NCBI RefSeq assembly: GCF_001949145.1
Contig: NW_019091355.1
Location: forward strand, 2,524,646 to 2,588,645
Source: Acanthaster planci
Lineage: Eukaryota
Length of the DNA stretch: 64,000 nucleotides
Direction: 5' to 3'
The translations under genes and the position numbers were made by a program. The notes beneath the pieces are model-generated. The model had not been told where the DNA came from and ran no database searches. It was given only the letters and a program-made list of their open reading frames with translations. This document shows positions 1-14,000 of this stretch, in pieces. Numbering within the stretch: the stretch's first letter is position 1; each line of letters begins with the position of its first letter.

Positions 1-2001
1 AGCGGTAGCAGATCTGTCCCCTTTGTGATTTCACTTTTCACTCTGGTTCTGCATTTCATTTCTTTGGTCCATCTAATTTGATAAGAAAATTTTTCAGATG
101 CAAGCATTGGCATTGCTAGGTGCCATTATTTACACACATGTACATGCCCCTATACATACATTGTATGTATATTATGCATGGTACGTGTACATGTATAATG
201 CACCTGTACATGTACATTGTGTTAGAAAAAGCACAAATGACCTGTTTCCATCTCTCCAGGTCATCAGGTCAGTGGATGTCCAGCTTAGGCATGCTCTCCT
301 CACGACAGTTTGATAAATTTTGATGCAGCAATATTTGTTATCTGCCTGTACCGGTACATGTAGATGTAGGTCGCATCGCATGTCAGGCAAAACACCAAAA
401 GGGGTTTAGTAGAAGTCGATATGGAAACGTTGGGACAAAATTACGACTGCTGTGGTGCAATGCAGTGGCCCTTCACGTATTTTCCCTCGGGCCATGTGCC
501 GTGCACTCATCACACATGTAAACCACTCAAAAATCTCACTCGTTTAAACCATTGAGCAATCAAACCGTGTGGGAAAATTAAGGGGCAGATCATTAACTTT
601 GCTTTTTTTTTCTCTCGTATGTGCAAGTGACTCCTTGTGCTGAATAAATTACCCTTTTCTGAGTAGGAGTGCATGTCACGCACATGTACATGTACGTAGC
701 ACAGTATGCATGTGATGTTCAATGTACATGTACTGTACGTGTGCGTTTGCTTTGAAAACCATGAGGCATACATGTACATGTATGTACTCATGTGTAGCCC
801 TCCAGTTTCAATTTCAAATGATGATTGTCATTGGTAATGCTCTATCGATAGTGAAAATGAGAAGTGGTGACATTGAAATCTGGGAATTTATGTGCACGTG
901 TACATGTATCTGTCATTGTGTCTATGATGTTACTTCTTTCTGTTTCTTTAAGAGCTTTCCTCACAAGCCTTGGAAGTTGTACTTTTGCCAACATTCTTCA
1001 ACAGGAGATAAGATTGTCTTGCTCACAATAGAAGAAAACTTAAGAAATTTTGGGGGGGGTGTTTTTGGTGGTTTTCTTTTTTTTGACACAAGTGTGTCCA
1101 CAGAATTGGTGTTTACAGTTTCTACAAAGTGTGTATTTTATTTTACAAGTGGAATAGCCACATTGTCCCTTTTGAAATGTGCCAGCCGTGGTCTGGGGTG
1201 TACCGGTATGTATGGGAATACTGTACAAGACATTTATCAGCGTGCATGTGATTTTTCATATTTTTTGTCATTATCAGTTTTCCATTCATTATCAGCACAT
1301 CTTTCACACTTTCCTGTATCCGCACGGTACACAGTCCATGCCATATTCCTGCTTTTGACAGATGTATTATGCATCATAGTTGTTCCCTTTCTCGTTGGTT
1401 ACCTTGGTTGAAGGCCAGTTCATCATGCTTTCACCGGTACCTGTTTTGTTCCTTTTTTTTTGAATCAGCCGTTTGTAGCCGATACATTATTTGTGCAGTG
1501 TCGGCTTTTTCATATTTCAGAATACGTGCAAGTGTGCCAATTGTTTTAGACAATATGTTCTAGAATCCATCGATTTGTGGGTTAATTTTTATCTGCCACA
1601 TGTACATGTACATACAGTAAACATGTAATGCAGTGTGTGATAATAATGTACATGTACATAAGAGTGACTGATTACATGTACATACAGGTACACCCTGTGA
1701 TGAATCTTCTTTAAAGTTTAGGTTTAGTTTGTGTGTGGCAGTTTAGTTTATAAATGTGTTTCATTTGTAGTGTGCATGAGCAAAAATATTGTGATTGTTG
1801 TTTTTATTATTAATACATCATGGCTGATTTTTATTTTTATTAAAAAACAATTCAAACAATCACGATTGGCCTGTAAACATTATAGGTATAGTACATGGAG
1901 TGAATATTCAACACAAGTGCGAGACTTGTTCAACAGATGATGCCAGCCGTTGCTGCATACCCGTTGTTAAATTAGCAATGTTTATTTCATGCAATGTACA
2001 G

Positions 2002-2072
2002 AGCATCTTTTCGCAAGTGTTTGAGATGGGCGTGGATGATCTGGAGAACAAGGGCCCCAACAACGGAGGAAG
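2002..2072 (+). CDS. PDE exon ([27 protein letters not shown])
   Basis: cag acceptor, AG|gttggt donor; phase 2 matches the next exon. Confidence 0.8.
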
Positions 2073-5000
2073 GTTGGTCAAAGAGCAGTTTACAGCAGAC
2101 TGTAAACTGATAGCATGAAAAAGTTTTTCTTGAGATGTTGAGACCGTGCCACTCGATAAATCAGTGTCACTTTTGCCAGGTTGGTGTCAGGTTCATTGGG
2201 AGAAGTGTTGTATTTTCCGTGTTTGAAATTGATTTCATTAAACTATGATAGATTCTTCTTATTCAAGGTGCTCTCGTGGCATTTAGAAATTTTAGAATTT
2301 TTCACCAATAAAAAGATGCTCCCCTTTGGCTAGAATGCATTACATTCCTTTGCAGTATGCATGTACGATATTTTTGACCTTTCGAAGATGTTCAACGATG
2401 GAGGGCAATTGTGTCAAATTTGGCTCATGTGTAACTGAAAACATACTAAACCGCAAGAAACATGATTCTTGCCGTCCGACCAATGTTAAAAATGCCTTTT
2501 AGAACCTTAGTTTATTTCCTGAACTGAATTATTAAAAAAGTCATTATCTGTCTAGAAATAGTTGTTGACGGCAGCATGTGATCAGCCAAAATTATGACAT
2601 GATACGTGTGAGTAGTTCCGGTGAGGTATTTTAAATCACTCCATGCAGCGCGGTCTATGCAGTAACCATGCACAATATGAAGGCATCTGTCACACGATAA
2701 AACACACTGTCGGTATTCTGCCGCCTTGTCATGTCCTTCCCGGTCGATGCCAGCAGTGCTTGAAACTGCATGCTTGTAGTTAATGGCATCTGCTTGCCAA
2801 GTTTTTGGTTTGGCAAAACCGCCTCGGTGCTGCCGATGTGGTTGACAAGATTATTCTCATCATACAAGTGATAAAAAAAATTGACTTTTCATCCATATCC
2901 CTGTCAAAAACACACGGGCGCTGAGACAGGTAGGCTCGGAGCCCTTCATTGTGTACAGACTATGCATGTTTAGGAGCAAAGAAGTCGTACATGTAAATGT
3001 ACATGTAGGTATTCCGACTCCCATTGCAAAATGAAACCGAGGACTGTTGTTTCTCTTTTCAAGTCCACTGGACCTCCAAACTGCAAACTTGTTTCTCATA
3101 TTGAGTTTGAAATACACAGTTTAAAAAATTGAGACCTTGTCTCTGTGATACATGTACATATACGTACCGGTAATTCCAGAAATAAGGGGTCCAAAAGTGG
3201 GACACCTGACCTGTTACATCTGACCTTTCTTATTTGACTGGAAATATCACTGGAAGTGATTTCAAACTACTACTATTTGTTTGGCAGGTAATTTGCATTA
3301 ATTCATCACTCTTGGAAATTGGAAAATGTGTTCTGAACTGAACTTATCATATGTCAGATGTGACGGGCACACGAAAAAAAGGGACCCCTAATTTCTGGAA
3401 TTACCCTTATATGGATACAATGGATACACTCTACATTGTAAGACACACTGCAGAAAATGTCCTCCATTGTTGAACTTCATCTTTAAAGTTCGGAATTAAT
3501 AATTGTAACCCTCGGCATACTTTCCCTCTAACTCGACTAAGAAGCCAAACGACATGCCCACAAACATGTAGACAATATATACATGTGCATGTAGGTGAAA
3601 ATAACAGTTCACAAAATATGACTTTGTTTTAATGACAGGATAAAGTCCGGACAAAATGTAACAATGGTAGAAACTGTTGGTATCTGTTGGTACTGTACAT
3701 GTACGTTTATATACCACAGGGAGTTTTGTGCATGTGTAATGAAGACAGAAAGATTTTTTTGAATGACTCATCATTCTTACTTTCCAGCACCGAGTGTCGT
3801 TTTCCAATCCACATTGGAATCACAGGGTATACAGCAACTACTGGTGAGGTAAGACTAGCAATGTCAGGAATGCCCTCCTCTTCTATTTTAACACGACGAG
3901 CGTAGCAAGGATGCATGTGTGTGCATTTGAGGAAGCTGTCTGCATAATGGGAACCCAAAGTATGTCCATGAATACATGTACGTGTGTAATGTTCCACCCC
4001 ATGCATATGTACGGTGTTACCATGGGGATAGAAACCTCCGGGTTATCCGCTCCGAGCGGAACAAAAGAGGGCGTTTTTTGGGTACTCACCGCATAGGCGC
4101 ACCATGAGGCCCGCAAGTGTGTGCACATTTGACGCGGAGCACGCTGAGTTCGCGTAACTAATTTAGTCCGGCTTGTATGGTCGTTGCGTAAACGCAGAAC
4201 GCCTAAAAGAACCCGCTTGTAGACACCTGTCTTTCTTACGCTGATTGGGGGCGCACTTCAGCTCGGGGCGGATTCAAAAGACAACATGGTTGCAAGCTCT
4301 GTGAAGTGCTGTGAACACGCTAGTCAAGACATTTATAAAACAGATTTTAATTGCAAAGCATTTGAATGCATACATGTGCCATACACCCGTAAGTTCAGGT
4401 CTCGTTGGCCTGTAAGTACAGTCCACAGTGCTGACCACATACACATGTCATATACGTGTACATGTACAGTAAAAGGACAGCTTACACCGTCTAAGAAACT
4501 GAAATGTCATTGGTTGCTATGTACATTGCCGAGCGCTGATTGTGCATACACAGTATGGTACATAGTTTCCCATAGTCAGAGTGGCCTTGCAAACAAGCAG
4601 TAACTGTACTTTTACAAAGTGTAACATGCATGACTGTTTTCACCAGCCCGGATTAAAAGGGGGGGGGGAAAACTTGACCTTGGTCACCGTCCAAAATGGG
4701 ATATTCTGATCATCATCCTGGAGTAAACACATGTACATGCAAAAGCACCCATGCAGAATACAAGTAGTTAGGGCTGGCGTCGGAGATAGATTACAACCTT
4801 TAAGCCTGGAACATTATTAGCGAACTCAAATTGCCCTAGGCCAACCCAAATATTTTCCTTCGTGGCTTGTATGCAGCTGTATTTGTTATGGGACTGCTTT
4901 CTGCTGCTTGCCTCATTTCCGTCGACCCAACCTTGTTATTGGTCTACTGCCGCACTGTTTACTTTTTTCTGCTTTTTTACACAGACTTTGAACATCGCCG

Positions 5001-8000
5001 ATGTGTACAAGGATTCTAAGTTTGATCCAAAGGTGGGTTCTTGTTCATTGAACTCGGGGATGGGTGGTGAATTTGTGTAGTGCTGATTGGCTTGAACAGT
5101 CAATTATGGGCTCATGGTTATGTTGGACAACAATGAATATGTGCTCTGTAAATCTTGCGTTGTGTAAATCTTGGGTGTTGGTAATGTACTTTACACAGAA
5201 CTTCACTGTGCAGACAGAAACCACGCACAGCATTGTGAAGTTGGAGCACACAAGCAGATTTTCAGTTGAAAAATGATTCCAGATTGTCTGGATGTGCGAC
5301 ATGATTTTTGATTGGTCAATCAAGTTTTGATTGTAGACAAGTGCTGTAGAATTTTAGTCACAGTTCAAGACGCTGCCGTTGCCTATTGACGGAACTTCCT
5401 AATATTTCAGCATGTCAAAATGAGCTGTCTCTTACATGGATGTACACGCCAAGCTACATGTATTTGTCTCATAGCTTGGTTGGACTGACCTCCCACTCTG
5501 ACCTTAAACAGTAATGCAGTTACTTGATCGCAATATCCACACCTGAAGACGACCAGAGCACACTGGTGGAAATGTCGATTTCACACTCAACAGTTCTTAT
5601 CTGAACCATACATACATGTACCTCTCCCAAAAGAGATCTATCCACATAGTGTTACTGCACTGCAAGCCCTCTCTTTAATCTACGGTATCTCCACCATGCA
5701 AAGCTTTAAGTCTTATCTACCGGTATTGTTCATACATGTAATATGTTGCACGTATTCATTAGGCCATGAATTAAGTGCAGGCTTGCGTTTGTGAAGACAA
5801 AGGAACATGTCGTTCTTACACATGTACATTTAATACGGTATTTGGCAAGATTGTTCCCAAGTACTAGTACGTAGTACCAAGTACAGTATTTTGATGCACT
5901 AGGTACATGTACTCACACCTCAGGTGATCTGCATCATCTTACTGAGCGTCGGAAAGGCCATGCCTGGCCGGTTTGCATAGGAGAGCTCTTCCCCCGTGGC
6001 ATTGTTTTGTTTATCAATACAGCGGTGCCTTGAATGAAGACTAAACCTCAACATTATTACATGTGCAGTGTATGCGTTTGTGTCTGGCAGACCCACAGGC
6101 TGTGTCTTGGGTAATCATCTCCAGTGATCCTGCATTTGATGCCCATCAGAAGTCCCCCCCCCCCCGGAGCATTGAATCCTATGAAAGAGTCACTGTAGTA
6201 TGACACTGGCTCAGGGGATCTTTCTCCTGGGTCGTATCACACCCTTCCCTATTAATTCAGGATTGACGGAGCATAATCATGTTGTTACAGCTTTCCAGCC
6301 TGGGCCAAATTTTGTTATTGAGCTATCCTATGTACACGTACATGCAGAAAGAAAAATAGCTCACTATAAGTTTCCATACTAAGCCAAAATCAGCCCAGTT
6401 ACCGCTCAGGCATAATGTAGATGGCATGAAGTATTGATCAGTAACTTGAATTTACAAAGCAAAATAATATATCTTGTGGTTAGGGAATTCCTAGTCCCAT
6501 TGTAATGAAGCTGGCTAGTTGGGTCATTCCATGAGGTTGGGGCACAACTTGTGATGGTGTCCTTGTTTACATTGGTAACTTTTACCACCTGTAGAGTAGG
6601 TCATTTACATGTACTCTAAAAATAACACCCTCTGTATTCAGCCTTGCAAGATGTATAACAATGTCAATTTAGAATCCAGATGCAGGGAAATAGCTGTCCA
6701 TTTTTATGGAACCTGTGTAACAATTGACACCATCACAAATTGTGCCCCATCCTCATGGAATGACCCAGTTGGAAAAACTAAGATTAGATTTATGCGCTAT
6801 ATGAAAATCAGCAGGGGACCGGTGAAAAGAATGCTTGCCATTGTGGCTAGTAACCTGCTTTTGCTGAGCAGATTGTGTCTTTAGCCCGATTTTGCAGTTA
6901 TATGTCCAAGTAGTAACATCACGGAATCAAGTCAGAGGTGCATAGATAACCGCTTGCATGACTGTTCCAGTCACAGCGCCTGTATGGTGTGAAATACACG
7001 TGCGTATTGTACCGCTCAAATATCCTGATTGCCGTCGACAGGTTGATGAAGAAACAGGGTATAAGACGCGGCAGATGCTGTGCATGCCCATCAAGAATGC
7101 CTACGGGTCCATCCTAGGTGTCATCCTATTGGTCAATAAACAGGACGGGACGCCGTTCAATAGGAATGATGAGGACATGTTCGAGGTATGCAGAATTAGT
7201 CTGGGGTTATCCTATTTCGGTCGTGAGAGATGTTGGTTAAGTTCACATGTTCCGTGTATTGATTGGGTCTGTCCTACCAACTGCATAGAATAGACCATTT
7301 CCAAGTATCGTATTCGTACAACCTAGAAGTCGAATCCAAATAATATCTTGTTCAAGAACCCGATGCGTTTCATTTCATAAATGTGTCATCTTCACTTCAG
7401 TGGATTTGTGTCTTAAGGTGACGTTTGCCATCTGCTTTGAAGCAGAAATAAAGTGGACATTGAAATGATCTGGAAATCAGCAAGTGGTTTGTGTGAGTAG
7501 ATTTTACCATGTCTACATGCACTTGCTGTCTTGCCGACTTACTCTAAAAGGCAAGATAAAATATGTGAGAATTAATCATAAGTCTACAAGTACACTTGGC
7601 TGCTGTCCCATGCTCTGCCTTGCAGCTGTTTCTGCCCTAGAAAATCGGTCTCACTCAAAGGTCAAAGCAAATGCATTATGAGCAGAACTGAAGAGGATTC
7701 TCTTTTCTTTCTTTTTTTCCGCTTCATTTGATAGCAACCTTTCAGTGCTGCGCGGTACCACAAAATATTCTTGAGCAATCAGACATGGGAGAGTTTTGTA
7801 GAAGGCACCAATTTGATGATTGCTTTTTTTTTTTCTTTTTATCCTCCGCTCTGTCAAACACGAACAGGCTTTCTCCATCTTCTGCGGAATGGGTATCAAC
7901 AACACCCACATGTACGAGAATGTGTGCCGAGCTGTTGCTAAGCAACGGGTAGCCTTAGAGGTAAGGCAGTCACCACTGTCTGTGCTGTTTAACGAACACA

Positions 8001-11000
8001 TCTGTCTTTAATGGGGTCTTTACTTGAATCGCAATAAAGCCGCAGGTAATGGCGTAGTGTAAAATGCATGCCTTAAATGTCAAATATAAAGTGACGTGAT
8101 GATGATGATGATGATGAAATCTTGGGTGTAAACTATCCTTTACAGGTCTCCGTTTCATTAATTTTCCGCATCAGTGAACAGAAAAGGCTTGCTTTGTCCA
8201 TGAAGAGATGAGGCTCGATAGTAATACTGTATTTTCTCCTCCCCTTCTGTGTGCATTCCAAAAAATTTTATTTATGACCACAGTCATTGCTATCATCAGT
8301 AACAGTTTCACTGCATAATCTGTGGAGGCCAAGATTTACCCACATTTACTCTCGTATGTTTACACTTTTTCCCCCAAATCACGTGCAAAAATTACATAGA
8401 AAGGTTTCCTTTTTCATGTGTGTGAAGGGTGAACATGGTATACACTATGGTGCTGGTGATGTGCACGTAGCTATAACATCACGTAAATCATGGTGTTTCC
8501 ATTGGAATGAATTGCATGTATAACGCAGGTGGAGAAGCAAGTGGCGGTAAATGATTAATACATGCGTTAATGCCACACAGAATTCCCATGTTGGCCTGCA
8601 TGCATATCGCAAACTCCTGGTTCTTCTCACAGCAGCCTCCTAAATAAGGATGTATTTGATGTGCATCCGGTCTCTTTTTTAATGCACATCACAGATCCAC
8701 CACCCAAACAAAATTGGATTAAAAGACAAACAATGAAGAAAATAGCTTCCTCTAATTGACAGTTTGATGAGGTCGATGAAAAATTGATTGCAGCACACGC
8801 TAACTCTAGAATTTGCCTTCCAGAGGAGCTTCATTCAGGCATGATAAAATTTCCCACGGTTCAGTGCCTTTGACCTCCAGTCACCCATCGTCAGTGGCAC
8901 AGGGATCTTGCTTGGTACATGTAGTTAAGCTAAAACAATGTATACCTGCTCACTTGAGAGCGGTAGTGCCATGTTTATGAATGCAGTCCAGATCGGAGAC
9001 CTTGAGGTGGAATTTTCAACCCCCCTATATCACAAATTAATAATCACTGTCTCCACATCATGAAAAATTGAGAAGGCTGAGTCAATCAGGAGGGGAAAAA
9101 AATGCCTTTTAGATTAATGTGGATCGTGCCACAGAGCGACGTGTAAAGTGATTTTAAAATGTCCCGTTACGATTGCCTCAGGTTTTTCCCAAATTTGAGG
9201 CTGAGCAGACAAAATTGGATTGATCGGAATTCTGAAACCTTGGTTGGCAGCGAGGTTGAAAGTCATCAAGTCATCACTTTATAGTCCACTGCCTCCTGTA
9301 AGTAAGGTTCAAGAATCATGCTACCCAAGACACCCTTCTGTCCCTCTGTCTTGGATGGATGGCGTGTTTTGATATGCATGATAGGGTTCCCTAATCAGTT
9401 TACGGCTTTGCCTCGCCTCATCGTATAAACACTGCCCACGTTTTCCCGCAATATATCGTGTATTCTTCGTCTTTGATTGCAGACGCTGTCATATCATGCA
9501 ACAGCTCCGCGTGAAGAGGCCATCAGATTAAAGGTAGAATCTTGCCTTGCTTCGTAGGTCAAGTTTACCCCATTAACTTGAGTCTGTGGGTATAAAAAAA
9601 AATTCAGACATGAAGGATTTCTTTGGGCCAAGTTACAGTATGCACCATTCCAACCTTTAAGATTTTGGGCAGGAGATGCGATTCCTCTGGAAATTTCCAG
9701 AATATTTCAGAAGTGTCGGATGTTTGAGAGGTTTATTCTTCAGGTTTTGATAACATTGTTCAGAATGTGCACAATGCACACACATGTAAGTGTAGCCATG
9801 TGTGGGAATACTCGAATATTTTTAGTCATTTTGTTGTCATTTTTTAAAAAATAAAAAGCTTTTGCTGAGGGTTTCGTGGATTTCTCTTCTCCGCCAAATC
9901 TCACCCCTATATCGGTGATGCATGGGTGATGTAACAGTCAAACACAAGGGCAAGGTTGTTCAATCAAATCTGTCTTCTTGTTCTACAAGTATCCCTGTTG
10001 TAACAAAGGTTTCATGATTGTAGTTTCGAAAGGCAAGGTTTTACCCTGGAATTAAAAGTGTGTTAACTTCTCAATGCTGTGTTACACATTCTTGTTCCGT
10101 TCAGCCAAACATGTAGCGAAAATTTCCATATCTGTCTCCAAACCCCAAATGATTTTATGATTTGTTTGTGACCAGGAGTAATATGTATCAGTATGTCTCG
10201 TGAGCGGTTCTTTTCATGAAGCGACCAAGTAGCCTAAAAATTTTCAGAACTCCCGGTGAAATTGAACTAGTTGATCAGAAACCTGAAAACTTCAGATCAA
10301 ACCATTTTGGAGCACCTTTGCAAGTGGCATTCTCAAAAACCTGGGTTTTTTTTCTACAGTTTTGTATATTATTGAAACAGTATACACGTAATATACAAAA
10401 ATAGAGCTGCCATCCGCATAATGACCTTTAATTTAGCACTGGGATGAGATTGCAACATGTACCCAGTGGAATGGTCATCACACACCCACCGGACGTCTGC
10501 GGCTGCACCAGACAACTGTCTCATTTGAGGCGCAGGGTTCCAAGAAAAGCTACATGCATGTGTGATTTGATGGTTTACAAGAGGAAGTCAAGCTAACTTG
10601 CCACTTTCAGCCTCCAAAATCATAAGGGTTCATGTTTCTTAAAACTTCCTGTGAATGTTTTTTGTTGGTACGCATACGTGTCCATGTATACATATCCCAT
10701 GCATAAACCACACCATGTTACTCATACACTTATTTGGAATGGATGGCTTTCATGACAGTGATTAACGAGAATTCAAGCGGATTGATTGTCAGGAAAAGTG
10801 TTAAGTTTTTGGAAAGGGCTGTCTTACTCATTCAAATGTCAGAAGTGGTCAATTTACTGCAGTGCTAGAGTAAATTCCAGAACAGTTAGATTCAATGAGG
10901 GATGTCAGAATACAAATGCATTATTCGTAAAATACTTATGTGGCTGAAACAAATCTATGACCCAGGCTCACAAAATGAGTCACACGTTGCTAGAGCCAGT

Positions 11001-14000
11001 TTTGATCTTTGAAAGAATCTTGCAGTGTGAATAAATAGAGAACCATAAACCGTTTTTCACCCACATTGTGTCCATTTGTATTGGGATGCCTAGAAACTGA
11101 ATGTTCCTTCAAAACCATCAGCTTGCTCGTCTAATTAAAAGAAATTAAAGCAAAATTATCAGTAAAAAAATCTTTAAGACCCATGCTGTGAGATTTGGTC
11201 ATAAACTGTTGTACACTATTAACCTTACCCTCCAGCCTTTGAACTAGAAACATTACTGAATCTAACATTTCATCAGATTGAAGCAGGTCAATGTAATTAA
11301 TGGCACATGACTGGGCAGAACCTGTTGAGCTCCAGCAAGTCAACACACTGAAGTTTGAGTCATGTGGTATGGATTGATCTTTGTAGCATGCAGATGATTT
11401 GCAGAGTAGAGATACCAAACCTGACAAAATCAAGCCAAGTCCAGCACACTGTACCAGCCAGCCACTTCACCGGACAGCCCGTATATGTTCATACTCCGTT
11501 TAAAACCATCACCCTACGCCTTTGTTCATCAATCCAACAAAGTAGAATAAGTTTATAATGTGTGGCACAGAATCAGCCCAAACTTCACACAACCTACCGC
11601 TGGAGTTTGAGGGGCCTGAGGCAGCCAGGGTTAGGGTTAGGAGAACATTCTTACCTGCGGACACATACATGTAACCCTGTTCTTTTCACTTTGCAGAAAC
11701 TGGCTGTTCCTACAATCAGAGAGGTTGGGCTTGACGACTACTTCTTCAGCGACATGAAACTAACGGAGGATGAGACACTCACTGCATCACTCAGGATGTT
11801 CTTAGATTTGGATCTCGTCAACCGCTTTCGGATCAATTATGAGGTAAACGAGTCTCTGAAAAGTCTGGAAAAAAGTTCCCTGACCAGTTCGTGCTGGTGT
11901 GGCAGTCCATACTTTCTGGGACACGTGACAGGTCGTACTCGACCATTGAAATAAACCTGATCAGTAAATATTGTCTGGAACCTGCGAGTAACCTTCCCAA
12001 TCAGAATCGTCTGATGTTTTCCTCTGATCCATAGTGTTGGCGTTTTATTTTTTTCACAGACTCTGTGTAGATGGCTACTGAGCGTCAGGAAGAACTATCG
12101 CAGCGTGAGATACCACAACTGGCGCCACGCCTTCACAGTAACGCAAACCATGTTTGCGCTGATCAAGGTCAGACACAGTCCGGCCCCCCCAAAAAAAGCG
12201 TTGAATGTATTAGTAAAGTTACTGGAAAAATCAAACACTAGTACTGTGTGGTTGGGGTATCACACAAAATCCTGTCAGATTGCCCACTCTGCGACCAACT
12301 ATGCGATGGTGATGTTTCATTGAAGTAAAGGTTGTCGTTTTCCACAACTGAGTTGTTTTTTTTGTTTAGTATTGACAAAATGCGCTTCCAGTATCTTGCA
12401 AATATCATGTCGTAAAAACTTCAAACTGTGAACTGTTCAGATCATTGAGAGTACGTTTGACATGCCTGTCAGTTCATGAATATTTGAGCAAGCGGTTTCC
12501 ATGCCAATATCTTTTGATGGCTGTTCTTAAAAATGATTATGAAGGTAAAATTAGGCCCCTTATGCTGTGAATAATTCATCAGTTATGTTTGGCTGCATCA
12601 TCCGTCCACTCACAATGCAGACCTGCCAACCTGTCATATTCCTTCCTGAGGCTAGGCAATACCACACAATACCCTAAAAGGTATTTAAATGAGCCCTCAG
12701 TTCATTTAAAATTCTAATCTATTATGTGGTGATGCCTGACCTCAGGAAGGAGTACGACAGGTTGGCAGGTCTGATAATGCAGTGGTCTCCACCAGTTGAC
12801 AAACAAAGCTATCAGTCCGTGTGTTATTGAGAAGGAAGTTACACCTGAGCAAACGGTAGACTTCTCGAATTGCACGTACCTTGAAATTGGCAGGAAGTGT
12901 TTTTCTGTTGGCAAATTGACTGACTCCAAGGTAACATGTCAGTGCTGATGCACTCCGAATTAACGGTAGATCTCGAGCACTTTCCACTTTTTTTTCAATC
13001 AACCCTGATGTAATTTTTCATTAGTCAATGGAACTTGAAACTTCTTTGTGACCGGCTCTAGAGAAATGGGTAATAAGTTGCCAGATTCAGGTTATCAGTT
13101 TTTGAGAATGTGTTAAAATACCGTATTAGCTGAAAAATATACCTGTTAAAGCATCAAGAGACAAGGAGAAGTAAGTTTGTCCTTGCCAACCATTCAGTGT
13201 CAGCAATTCCAGTATCGGTGTGTACAGAATTTCACAAATTCTTGATCTGGTCTGAACAGAACGGAGGTATGCGAGATGTACTGACGGATCTGGAGTGTCT
13301 AGCGCTATTGGTTGGTTGCTTGTCACATGACCTAGATCATCGAGGCACCACCAACAACTACCAAATCATGTGAGTGGTTGACAAATGCAAATCTTGCTGC
13401 TGTTGGCAGTCAAGTTTGTCATAAGACTCTGCTGGTCCCTCACAAGTCATCCAGTCTCAGTCGGGTCACAAGCAATCCAAGTGAACTATGACTGCAGGAT
13501 CCTCTAGTCACTTTTCACGCTGTTAACCTGTGACTGGCCTGGTGATAGGACTTGTGACTGGACTTATGACAGACTCAACCACAGCACTGAATTTCACAGA
13601 CTTTTCACAGATTGTACCTTCTTGTTTATGTCCAGGTTCATCAGTGTTAGAAGCCCCCAAATATCTTCATTTCAATTATGTTCCCGTTCCTAAAATTATC
13701 AGCGTAAAAACATCTCAGCATATGTTTTGCAGAGTTACCCTCGTCAACTGGCAGAATGATGGTTTTTGAGAGATGTGTCTTTCCAAAGTGAAACAAAGCT
13801 TGTTTGTACAGTGCCTTGAAACCAGTCCACCAATAATAATGAAACACAAGGCTGCGCAGAGTTAGAGACCGAACAGAAAGGCTGTTTCATTGAATTAGAA
13901 ACTGAAAGCGTTTGACTACATAACCAGAAGAAGAAGAAAGCTGAACTTGACCTTGGTCTTTCCCTTTGTTTTTTTTCTCACAAGAAGGAACATGGGCTTT

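Noticed and set aside
722..1411. 229-aa ORF
   Set aside because: Low-complexity Cys/Thr/Met/Tyr content from TACATG repeats, intronic position, no recognisable domain.
11628..11641. TTAGGG telomeric repeat
   Set aside because: Only about two units; consistent with chance.
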